A stretch of DNA of 64,000 bases. Source: Gammaproteobacteria bacterium. GTDB taxonomy: Bacteria > Pseudomonadota > Gammaproteobacteria > UBA4575. This document shows positions 35,691 to 43,478 of the stretch, piece after piece. Made by a program: the position numbers and the translations under genes. The DNA lies in assembly GCA_965243395.1 (NCBI GenBank), contig CBDEUS010000001.1, forward strand, positions 384,001 through 448,000, written 5' to 3'. How positions within the stretch are numbered: position 1 is the first letter of the stretch; each line of letters begins with the position of its first letter. The notes under the pieces were generated by a model, which searched no databases, was not told the DNA's origin, and saw only the letters and a program-made list of their open reading frames with translations.

Positions 35691-35716
35691 AAATCCGCTT
35701 TAGTCCCAAGACATTT
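35691..35716 (-). repeat. Probable decayed, inverted copy of the 32-bp palindromic site
   Basis: TCCGCTTTAG-tccca-AGACATTT versus the reverse complement of the 38915 site, TCCGCTTTAG-gtcgatagc-AGACATTT. Confidence 0.45.
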
Positions 35717-35778
35717 ATATATAACTAAAGCAGTAGATAGTAGATCAGAATATAAATCTACTCAGGTAAATTGTTACC

Positions 35779-35795
35779 TGCGACAAAATGCCACA
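35779..35795 (+). promoter_or_regulatory. RegA/PrrA/RegR-type binding box
   Basis: TGCGACAAAATGCCACA; the reverse complement GTGGCATTTTGTCGC fits the RegR-box consensus GNGRCRTTNNGNCGC; regBA lie 1.3 kb downstream. Confidence 0.7.
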
Positions 35796-35860
35796 TTCTA
35801 ATCTGTAATTCCTGATTCTAATATTCTAATTCTATTATTAATCAAAATGGAGTTAGAACA

Positions 35861-36988
35861 ATGGATTTTCCAAGCAGTAAGCACTTTTTTTTATTTCTAA
35901 TATTTTTATTCCTTTTAATTGTACTAGTAACAAAAGCGAGTGCTGATTCAACTGCTCAACCAATAGGATTTGATGTTCATTCTGAAGGTTTGAGTCGGGC
36001 AGACAGCCATGCTCCGATTGGTGTCATGGGGGATCACATGCATCACAAAGGTGAATGGATGATTTCCTATCGGTTTATGACTATGGAAATGAAAGGAAGT
36101 AGAGATGGGAGTAGTGATATTAGCCGTGATGAAATTGTTACAACTGTCCCAAACCGATTTTTTGGTATGCCTATGCAGCCGCCTACGTTACGTGTTGTAC
36201 CTACCGAGATGACAATGGACATGCATATGTTTGGTTTAATGTATGCACCGACAGATTGGTTGACTTTAATGTTGATGACTTCATACATTGAAAAAGAAAT
36301 GGATCATGTTACTTACATGGGTCCAGCGGGGACTACAGTGCTTGGTCGATTCACTACAAAATCGGAAGGGTTTGGGGACACAAAATTAAGCGGTTTGATA
36401 CGTTTATATGATGATGGGAAACATCATTTTCATCTAAATGCAGGAATTAGTTTGCCAACCGGATCAATTACAGAAGATGATGAAATTTTAGCCCCAACTG
36501 GTGCAACACCCTCACCAAATTTACCCTATCCAATGCAACTTGGTTCTGGCACATTTGACCTATTGCCAGGAATTACATATACAGCAGCTTCAGGTCGTAT
36601 GGGGTGGGGTGCTCAATATAGTGCTGTCATTCGGTTAGAAGATGAAAATCATGAAGACTATAGTCTTGGAGATGAACATCGACTTACCGCTTGGGGAAGT
36701 TACTTATGGAAACCTTGGATGAGTACATCATTACGTTTAGCGGGTCAGACTATAGATAAGATTGACGGCCAGAATCCGGATATTGTTGCTCCGGTTCAAA
36801 CTGCAGACCCTAATAACCAAGGTGGTGAGCGGGTAGATTTATTACTAGGTGTTAACTTTTCGGGGCAATCTAATTTAAAAGGCCATCGCATAGCATTTGA
36901 ATTTGGCGCACCTATTTATCAGCACTTGAATGGGCCGCAACTTGAAACTGATTGGATTTTCACTGGGGGTTATCAATTTGCGTTTTAG
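35861..36988 (+). CDS. His/Met-rich outer-membrane beta-barrel 'transporter', putative metal channel
   Basis: Signal peptide, RADSHAPIGVMGDHMHHKGEWM, MTMDMHM, GFGD, MQLGSGT and C-terminal YQFAF. Confidence 0.75.
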   Translation: MDFPSSKHFFLFLIFLFLLIVLVTKASADSTAQPIGFDVHSEGLSRADSHAPIGVMGDHMHHKGEWMISYRFMTMEMKGSRDGSSDISRDEIVTTVPNRFFGMPMQPPTLRVVPTEMTMDMHMFGLMYAPTDWLTLMLMTSYIEKEMDHVTYMGPAGTTVLGRFTTKSEGFGDTKLSGLIRLYDDGKHHFHLNAGISLPTGSITEDDEILAPTGATPSPNLPYPMQLGSGTFDLLPGITYTAASGRMGWGAQYSAVIRLEDENHEDYSLGDEHRLTAWGSYLWKPWMSTSLRLAGQTIDKIDGQNPDIVAPVQTADPNNQGGERVDLLLGVNFSGQSNLKGHRIAFEFGAPIYQHLNGPQLETDWIFTGGYQFAF

Positions 36989-37126
36989 GCCCTAGTTTTT
37001 ATCTATGAAATTAGTGTTTTATTACAATAATTAATTATCACATTTTAGGGTACAGTTTATGGGGTTGCGAGAGTAATTTTCATAAATAAAATAACGACTT
37101 AAATAATTGGATAAGTTTTAGAGCTA

Positions 37127-38389
37127 ATGAACAAACTAAATACATACACCCAGCAATCAGGACATCATGCCAACTTAAAATTACTTATCTGGTTGCGTGC
37201 AGTTTCGATTGTTGGACAATTTACCGCTGTCATTATTGCTAAACATTATCTTGAAATTTCTTTACAAACAGGTGTGTTGTATACATGGATTGGCATTTAT
37301 GTATTTATCAATCTATTAACCATCACGCGACTTTATACAAAAATTGAAATTCACAAATGGGAATTTTTTGCTCACTTAATTGTTGACATAATAATTCTGA
37401 CTATTTTATTAAAATATTCAGAAGGAGGTGCGAATCCGTTTGTTTCCCTATATTTAATCCCTCTTACCATTTCAGCAATAACGCTCCCGGCAATGTTTAC
37501 TTGGGTGTTGGCTGCTATCACGATTTGTTGTTATAGCCTACTTGTATGGGTCTTTAGCCCAATGACTGGACATAGTTTTCATGCAAATCATTTTGATGTT
37601 CATGTTATAGGTATGTGGTTGGGGTTCGTGATTAGTGCTGCTCTTGTCGCATTTTTTGTAGTTAGGATGGGCCGAATTATTCAACTACAGCAACAAAAAC
37701 TTGCAGAACAAAAATCACAACAACTACAAAACGAACAATTTGTAAAACTAGGCACGTTAGCCGCCAGTACTGCCCATGAGCTGGGTACACCACTCGGTAC
37801 TATGCAACTCGCTGTAGAAGAGTTGCAAAATAATCCTGAAGATAACAAGAAACAACTTCATATTTTAAATGATCAAATAAAACGCTGTAAAGAAGCGTTA
37901 TCAGTATTATCCGCTTCTGTAGGCGCACCGCCACTAGAAAGTGGTCAACCTATGAAGGTTAAAAACTTTATTGATGATGTCTTTAATGATTGGCAGCAGT
38001 CTCGCCCAGCCATCAATATTGAAACAAACTGGGTCTCTGATTCCTCTGGTCCAGAAATCATTGCAGAGAGATCGCTGAAACAAGCCATCAAAAATATTTT
38101 AGATAATGCAGCTGATGTATCACCAGAATATGTATTATGTGAAGCCTCGCTAAAACAAGATGAGTTGATACTCAAAGTATCAGATCATGGCCCAGGCATC
38201 ACATTTGATAAAAATGAGAAGATTGGCCAGCAACCTGTTTCAAGTAAAGCGAAAGGAATGGGGCTTGGGTTATTTTTATCGCATGGAATTATCAAAAGAT
38301 TTGGAGGAAATGTTTCTCTAAAGAATATTAGGGAAGGTGGATTACAAACCACTATTTCTTTACCAATACAAACTCTTGCCATTTCATGA
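37127..38389 (+). CDS. regB: RegB/PrrB/RoxS-family redox sensor histidine kinase
   Basis: Multiple TM helices, GGANPF, H-box AHELGTPL, redox Cys in QIKRCKE, G-boxes DHGPG and GMGLGL. Confidence 0.9.
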   Translation: MNKLNTYTQQSGHHANLKLLIWLRAVSIVGQFTAVIIAKHYLEISLQTGVLYTWIGIYVFINLLTITRLYTKIEIHKWEFFAHLIVDIIILTILLKYSEGGANPFVSLYLIPLTISAITLPAMFTWVLAAITICCYSLLVWVFSPMTGHSFHANHFDVHVIGMWLGFVISAALVAFFVVRMGRIIQLQQQKLAEQKSQQLQNEQFVKLGTLAASTAHELGTPLGTMQLAVEELQNNPEDNKKQLHILNDQIKRCKEALSVLSASVGAPPLESGQPMKVKNFIDDVFNDWQQSRPAINIETNWVSDSSGPEIIAERSLKQAIKNILDNAADVSPEYVLCEASLKQDELILKVSDHGPGITFDKNEKIGQQPVSSKAKGMGLGLFLSHGIIKRFGGNVSLKNIREGGLQTTISLPIQTLAIS

Positions 38390-38916
38390 ATAATAATTTG
38401 CTCATAGTTGAAGATGATGAAGCTTTTTCATGTGCGCTCGGAAACGCACTAGAGAAAAAAGGATTCAATGTATTTAGTTCAAGTACAGTAAGCTCTGCAA
38501 TTCATGCAGCGAATACACACTCCCCAAATTTTGCTGTTATAGATTTAAAATTAGAAAATGAATCGGGTCTGAAGATTATTCCAGTATTAAAAGGGCTAAA
38601 CTCTAAAATAAAAATAGTCGTGCTTACTGGATATGCAAGCATTGCTACCGCAGTAGAGGCTATTAAACTTGGGGCAATGCAATATTTAACAAAACCCGCT
38701 AGTAGCGAAGAAATTTATCAAGCGTTTTTTAAATCAGACGGAGATGCGGAACAAAATCTTGTTTCAAATCCAATGTCTCTAAGACGTCTTGAATGGGAGC
38801 ATATTCAAAAAGTACTAAGCGAAAATGATGGAAATTTATCTGCCACTGCAAGAGCATTGGGAATGCATCGAAGAACTTTGCAGCGCAAATTAAATAAGAA
38901 TCCTGCAAAAAATTAA
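38386..38916 (+). CDS. regA: RegA/PrrA/RoxR-family response regulator
   Basis: VLTGYASIATAVEAIKLGA, LEWEHIQ and NLSATARALGMHRRTLQRKL. Confidence 0.93.
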   Translation: MNNNLLIVEDDEAFSCALGNALEKKGFNVFSSSTVSSAIHAANTHSPNFAVIDLKLENESGLKIIPVLKGLNSKIKIVVLTGYASIATAVEAIKLGAMQYLTKPASSEEIYQAFFKSDGDAEQNLVSNPMSLRRLEWEHIQKVLSENDGNLSATARALGMHRRTLQRKLNKNPAKN

Positions 38917-38946
38917 ATGTCTGCTATCGACCTAAAGCGGACATTT
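38915..38946 (+). repeat. 32-bp imperfect palindrome, copy 1 (11-10-11)
   Basis: AAATGTCTGCT-ATCGACCTAA-AGCGGACATTT; overlaps the regA stop codon. Confidence 0.85.
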
Positions 38947-38963
38947 TGAAGTCTTTTATTCAG

Positions 38964-39395
38964 ATGAAGTATTTATTCAGCTTAGCTTGGTTATTGCTGA
39001 TACTGTTGCTTCTTTCATCTTGTGGACCATCTTGCCAAAAAGACTCTGAGGCTGTTGTATTTGCAAAATCTTTGTCAAATGAACAACTCGAAAAATTATT
39101 TATTGATATGCAAACACACTGGAGAAGATTCGACGCTCCTGACGATGGATACTTTCGGGGAACAGAGCCTATTGAGTTTGCTTATCTAAATGCTGCAAAG
39201 GTAAGACCAAGAGATATGAACATAATGCTAGAAGGGTGTCTCGATGAATTTGTCGGCTTAATATTTCACGGGTTCACACTTGAGCCAGATGATGTGATTA
39301 AAGAGCAGAAAATTGAAATTGAATATCACGACAGAGAAAATATAGTGCGAGAGGTATTATGGGTAAACGTTAAATTAGATGATAAAGACAAATGA
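38964..39395 (+). CDS. Hypothetical lipoprotein (candidate cassette cargo)
   Basis: MKYLFSLAWLLLILLLLSSC lipobox from ATG 38964; stop codon lies inside the downstream palindrome. Confidence 0.7.
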   Translation: MKYLFSLAWLLLILLLLSSCGPSCQKDSEAVVFAKSLSNEQLEKLFIDMQTHWRRFDAPDDGYFRGTEPIEFAYLNAAKVRPRDMNIMLEGCLDEFVGLIFHGFTLEPDDVIKEQKIEIEYHDRENIVREVLWVNVKLDDKDK

Positions 39396-39421
39396 CCGTT
39401 ATTGGCCGAAAGCAGTCATTT
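39390..39421 (+). repeat. 32-bp imperfect palindrome, copy 2 (11-10-11)
   Basis: AAATGACCGTT-ATTGGCCGAA-AGCAGTCATTT; 24/32 identical to copy 1, same orientation. Confidence 0.85.
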
Positions 39422-39446
39422 TAAAAACGGAGTATTTCTATTCAGA

Positions 39447-39488
39447 AACAACATCCATGTTGTTACTCATATTCGCACATCCATGTGC
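39447..39488. repeat. Two short hairpins sharing the core ACATCCATGT
   Basis: AACAACAT-CC-ATGTTGTT (39447-39464) and GCACAT-CC-ATGTGC (39475-39488). Confidence 0.7.
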
Positions 39489-39672
39489 TCACTACTCACT
39501 GCAATAGGTAATTTCTTGCTAAAGATATAGTAGGAAGGTCATGTATTTATATGCAATGACTTTGATTCCATGGGCTCATGTAAGTTTTTGGTCTTTTGTC
39601 AGGTCAGATAACTAAGTTGAACAACAGAATGAGGAGCTAACTTTTTATACTCCTTGTGAAATTGAGGCAAAG

Positions 39673-40281
39673 TTGAATCAAAAACCTATTAAAGTAACTA
39701 TATTTCGTTGGGCAGGTTCCTGGGGGCCTTTCAAAGTTAAAATTTCTTGTGGTGAATGTACTTTAACCAAAGATGTAATTTTAGATACTCTTGAAAATGA
39801 ATTATCTGGAATTTCAATAGAAATAGAATCACGAGAATGGCTGAGTGAATGGTGGAAGCCTTTAGCAAAAGGAGGATGGCATGCTCCAATTGTAATGGTT
39901 GAAGGTAAAGTTGTAAGTCAAGGAGTTGCAATCAACCGAGGTATTCTTACGCAAGCAGTTATTGAAGCCTATTCTAGAAATTTAGAAATTGAAGGCAACC
40001 ATCTTTTTGGAAAAGAAAGTTGTCCTCATTGTAAACGGGCGAAAGGGTATCTTGATCAGGCTCAAATTCCTTATCACTATCATGATGTTGTCAAAAGCCC
40101 AAGTGGCTTGTATGAAATGCTTGCTCGTGTGAAACCTCTTATTGGTTCTAAAACACCTGTAACTGTTCCACAAATATGGCTTGATGGCACATACATAGGA
40201 GGAGCGGATCAGCTTAGTAACGTAGTACAGCAAAAAGTCGAACCTAATTTTGATCGTGGTAAGTGCTCAATTTCTCCATAA
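39673..40281 (+). CDS. Two-domain thioredoxin-fold/glutaredoxin protein
   Basis: N-domain CGEC...WHAPIV; C-domain CPHC, TVPQIW and IGG; TTG start with GAGG SD. Confidence 0.8.
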   Translation: MNQKPIKVTIFRWAGSWGPFKVKISCGECTLTKDVILDTLENELSGISIEIESREWLSEWWKPLAKGGWHAPIVMVEGKVVSQGVAINRGILTQAVIEAYSRNLEIEGNHLFGKESCPHCKRAKGYLDQAQIPYHYHDVVKSPSGLYEMLARVKPLIGSKTPVTVPQIWLDGTYIGGADQLSNVVQQKVEPNFDRGKCSISP

Positions 40282-40544
40282 AGTCGCAGATCACACAATA
40301 AAATTCACTCCATATTATTTCCTCAGTTTTTCAGCTCTCAGAGAAAATCTTAAGAAAATATCAACAGCAATCTATGTAGAGAGTGACACTGAATACAAAG
40401 TAATCAAATTTAAATTTATTTTTTATCAGTGAGATACTAAAACCATCTGTAGTAAATTCTTAACAAGAATAAATTTAATTTCTCATTCATCTGGTTAGTG
40501 TAAAATAATGCCTTAAAAAATAATTTAATTAATTTGGAGGAGCT

Positions 40545-40765
40545 ATGAAAAAACCAGTATTCACTGCGACTCTATTCATCACAATTATATTAATACCGTT
40601 TCTTGCTTTTTCTGACAGAAATGAGCATAAAGAAACAATCAAAGTTCCGCATTCACTAAAACTACTGCTATTCCGAGTGATGTGTATGTAAATCCTCAAT
40701 TTGATATGGAAGCTGATAGGGAATATAACGAGCAGGCTGAAATGGAATTTCGTGTGTGTGGTTAG
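40545..40765 (+). pseudogene. Small secreted protein gene, apparently frameshifted
   Basis: GGAGG SD, signal peptide MKKPVFTATLFITIILIPFLAFS; frame 0 stops at 40691 (48 aa) while the -1 frame stays open to TAG 40765. Confidence 0.5.
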
Positions 40766-40820
40766 CCAAATAATTTGGTATAAGTTGCAGCCATAATAGA
40801 ATCTATTAACTAGATCATGT

Positions 40821-40860
40821 AAAGAAGCTTAATTGTATTGGGCTTCTTTGTAGTTTTATT
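40821..40860 (+). terminator. Rho-independent terminator-like hairpin
   Basis: AAAGAAGCTTAAT-TGT-ATTGGGCTTCTTT (two G-U pairs) followed by a T-rich tract. Confidence 0.5.
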
Positions 40861-40914
40861 TTCCTTATTTTTTACGCAAACGCGATCCTAGTTTGAATAA
40901 ACTAATGCCAAGTA

Positions 40915-41709
40915 ATGACTATCAATATCGAAGATAAATATGTAGGGCTCATCCCAGCTGCTGGATGTGCCAGTCGCTTACCAAACTTAGGTTGTAGTAA
41001 AGAAATTTATCCAATACCTACGATTACCGAGCAGAATGAACAAAAATTTACCCCTGTAAGTTCTTATCTTATCCAGTCTTATCAAAGGGCAAGCATAAAT
41101 AATATAAAGATTATTCTTCGTGATGGTAAAGAAGATATCATTGAAACATTAGGCAATGGTCAGCAATATGGCGTACAGCTAAGTTATTTGTACACACAGA
41201 TTTTTCATGGCCCACCTTATAGCTTAGATGCTGCCTTTTCAGATGTTCAAAGCAAATCCATTGCGGTTGGATTTCCTGATATTTTGTTCACACCTCAAGA
41301 TGCATTTGCATCGCTTATTAATAAACAAGAACAGACTCAAGCCGATGTTGTTCTGGGCCTGTTTGTTGCGCCACATCCACATAAAATGGATATGATTGAA
41401 TTTGATTCAGCGAGCAACATTAAATCCATTCACATTAAACCTTCGCAGTCTCCACTAAAATGGACGTGGATATTAGCGGTGTGGACACCTCTTTTTAGTG
41501 TGTTTATGCATCAAACACTGAAAAAAATGCTGCCTGAATTTGAGACCAAACAGCGCAATGAGTGCCATATTGGAACTATTTTTCAACTAGCATTAAACGA
41601 GGGACTTCGTTTTGATTATGTGTATTATGATACAGGTGAGTTGATTGATATAGGCACCCCGGATGACTTGCATCGCATTGAGCATTCATGCCCGGACTGG
41701 CTTAAATAA
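40915..41709 (+). CDS. Sugar-phosphate nucleotidyltransferase (RmlA/dTDP-glucose pyrophosphorylase-like)
   Basis: IPAAGCASRL...SKE, GFPD and DIGTPDDL. Confidence 0.8.
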   Translation: MTINIEDKYVGLIPAAGCASRLPNLGCSKEIYPIPTITEQNEQKFTPVSSYLIQSYQRASINNIKIILRDGKEDIIETLGNGQQYGVQLSYLYTQIFHGPPYSLDAAFSDVQSKSIAVGFPDILFTPQDAFASLINKQEQTQADVVLGLFVAPHPHKMDMIEFDSASNIKSIHIKPSQSPLKWTWILAVWTPLFSVFMHQTLKKMLPEFETKQRNECHIGTIFQLALNEGLRFDYVYYDTGELIDIGTPDDLHRIEHSCPDWLK

Positions 41710-41733
41710 GTTTTGTATTTGAAAAAAGCTCGT

Positions 41734-42177
41734 TCACATATCATCGTACTCAATTCTGATGAGTTTCGTTTTTGAGGCAATGTCGTGCCAAGTACGGTTT
41801 TGTTTATCCCACAAGCTCCAAAGAAAACCAATACCGAAAATTGCCCATGAAAAGATGGCTACAACAAAACGAATTAAGCAACTTTTCCAAGAAACAATCA
41901 TTCCATTTTCGGGTACGAGTTTCATTTTCCAAGTGCGCATTCCAAGTGTTTGGCCATTGTGCGTCCAGAACCAGGCAAAGAATATAAATGCAACAAGAAA
42001 GATATACACTTGATATAAATAGAAAAAAGGGCTTTCAGGTTTGATATTAAATGGAATAACTACTAAAAATGATGCAATAAATAAAACGGTAAGTAATAAA
42101 AAGAAATCATAAAAAATTGCACCAAATCGTCGTAGCAATGAAACATGTTTCTGTGAGGAGGAGTTTTTAGAATTCAT
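41734..42177 (-). CDS. RDD family membrane protein
   Basis: LLRRFGAIFYD, GQTLGMRTWK and WHDIASKT. Confidence 0.9.
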   Translation of the reverse strand: MNSKNSSSQKHVSLLRRFGAIFYDFFLLLTVLFIASFLVVIPFNIKPESPFFYLYQVYIFLVAFIFFAWFWTHNGQTLGMRTWKMKLVPENGMIVSWKSCLIRFVVAIFSWAIFGIGFLWSLWDKQNRTWHDIASKTKLIRIEYDDM

Positions 42178-42416
42178 TTTAATTTGTAATAACTATACAA
42201 AAGTTGATTTTATTATGTGAAATTCATAAACTTAGCTTTAATGGATTAAGTATATCGATTTCAGTACTAGAAAAATCATAAAGATTGATCAATAACAATA
42301 ATAAAACTGAAGTGAAATCGTAAGAATTAGCTAAAAATTGGGAGCTATCTTGCAAAAATTTCAGCGAAATTATTCTTGCCTAAAACCTAGTCGCATTATC
42401 TTTTCAGAATTATCAT

Positions 42417-43334
42417 ATGAGTGATTCTTCATTTACTTTGCCGCCTGACCAGCCTGTTATTGAGGCTTTTCTTGATACTTTGTGGGTAGAACATGGCTTA
42501 AGTGAGAACACATTATCTGCGTATCGTAACGATTTGTTAGGTTTGTCGAAGTGGTTGTCTAAAATGACAGTGAATATTACCGATGCCCGCCGAGATCATT
42601 TATTGGATTATTTGTCCTATCGTGTGCAACAAGGCAGTATGCCGCGTACTTCTGCAAGATTATTATCAAGTATTCGACGTTTTTATCGTTATCTTGTGCG
42701 ACAAGGCGCTGTGCAGAAAGATCCTTCTGCACAAATTGAATTTCCGAAACTCGGTCGTCCGTTACCCGAAACTTTAACGGAAGAAGAGGTTGAACGTTTA
42801 CTCGCTGCACCTAATACAAATAAGGCGCAAGGGGTGCGTGACCGTGCAATGTTAGAGGTACTTTATGCTTGCGGATTGCGAGTTAGTGAATTGATTGGCT
42901 TAACACTCAGTCAAGTAAACTTAAATCATGGTGTAATTCGCGTGACAGGCAAGGGCAATAAAGAACGCTTAATTCCATTTGGAGAGCAAGCCAATGAATG
43001 GATTTCGAAATTCATAAATGAAGCACGAGCAGATTTGTTAAAAAATAATCGTCCTTGCGATGCATTATTTATAACTAATCGAGGTGCTGCAATGACACGG
43101 CAGGCATTTTGGCATTTGATTAAAAAGCACTCGAAAAATGTAGGCATTACTAAGCACTTATCTCCACATACTTTGCGACATGCATTTGCGACTCATTTGT
43201 TAAATCATGGTGCGGATTTGCGCGTTGTGCAAATGCTATTAGGACATAGTGACCTATCTACCACGCAAATATATACGCATGTAGCACAAGCAAGATTACA
43301 GGAACTGCACCGCAAGCATCATCCCCGAGGCTAA
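42417..43334 (+). CDS. xerD: Tyrosine recombinase XerD
   Basis: YACGLRVSEL, GKGNKER, SPHTLRHAFATHLL and LGHSDLSTTQIYTHV; upstream of dsbC. Confidence 0.95.
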   Translation: MSDSSFTLPPDQPVIEAFLDTLWVEHGLSENTLSAYRNDLLGLSKWLSKMTVNITDARRDHLLDYLSYRVQQGSMPRTSARLLSSIRRFYRYLVRQGAVQKDPSAQIEFPKLGRPLPETLTEEEVERLLAAPNTNKAQGVRDRAMLEVLYACGLRVSELIGLTLSQVNLNHGVIRVTGKGNKERLIPFGEQANEWISKFINEARADLLKNNRPCDALFITNRGAAMTRQAFWHLIKKHSKNVGITKHLSPHTLRHAFATHLLNHGADLRVVQMLLGHSDLSTTQIYTHVAQARLQELHRKHHPRG

Positions 43335-43373
43335 AATGTGTTGCTGGGCGGTTAATTTAGTCATTCTAAAGGA

Positions 43374-43402
43374 TGAAATTATTCTCTAGGACAAAGGTCT
43401 TA
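43374..43402 (+). promoter_or_regulatory. Possible sigmaE promoter for dsbC
   Basis: TGAAATT-N16-GTCTTA resembles GGAACTT-N16-GTCAAA; dsbC is a known sigmaE target in E. coli. Confidence 0.4.
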
Positions 43403-43478
43403 TATAGTATGCCTGCAATGGCCTTGCAGCTATGTAGCTACTGAGTATTCATTTCAAATTCAATAGGGAAATAACAGA

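Noticed and set aside
38915-39421. Reading the 32-bp sites as integron attC, dif/pdif, REP or CRISPR repeats
   Set aside because: No RYYYAAC/GTTRRRY cores and too short for attC; spacer is 10 bp, not 6, with no Xer arm consensus; no GTAG tag; only two intact copies 475 bp apart and no cas genes.
42178-42416. FNR-like TTGAT-N4-AACAA, short inverted repeats and a ~43-codon minus-strand ORF in the RDD-xerD spacer
   Set aside because: Very AT-rich spacer with imperfect matches; the ORF has no convincing SD or start.
42417-43334. Tyrosine recombinase as the integrase of the nearby insert
   Set aside because: Sequence and xerD-dsbC synteny identify housekeeping XerD; proximity alone does not link it to the sites.
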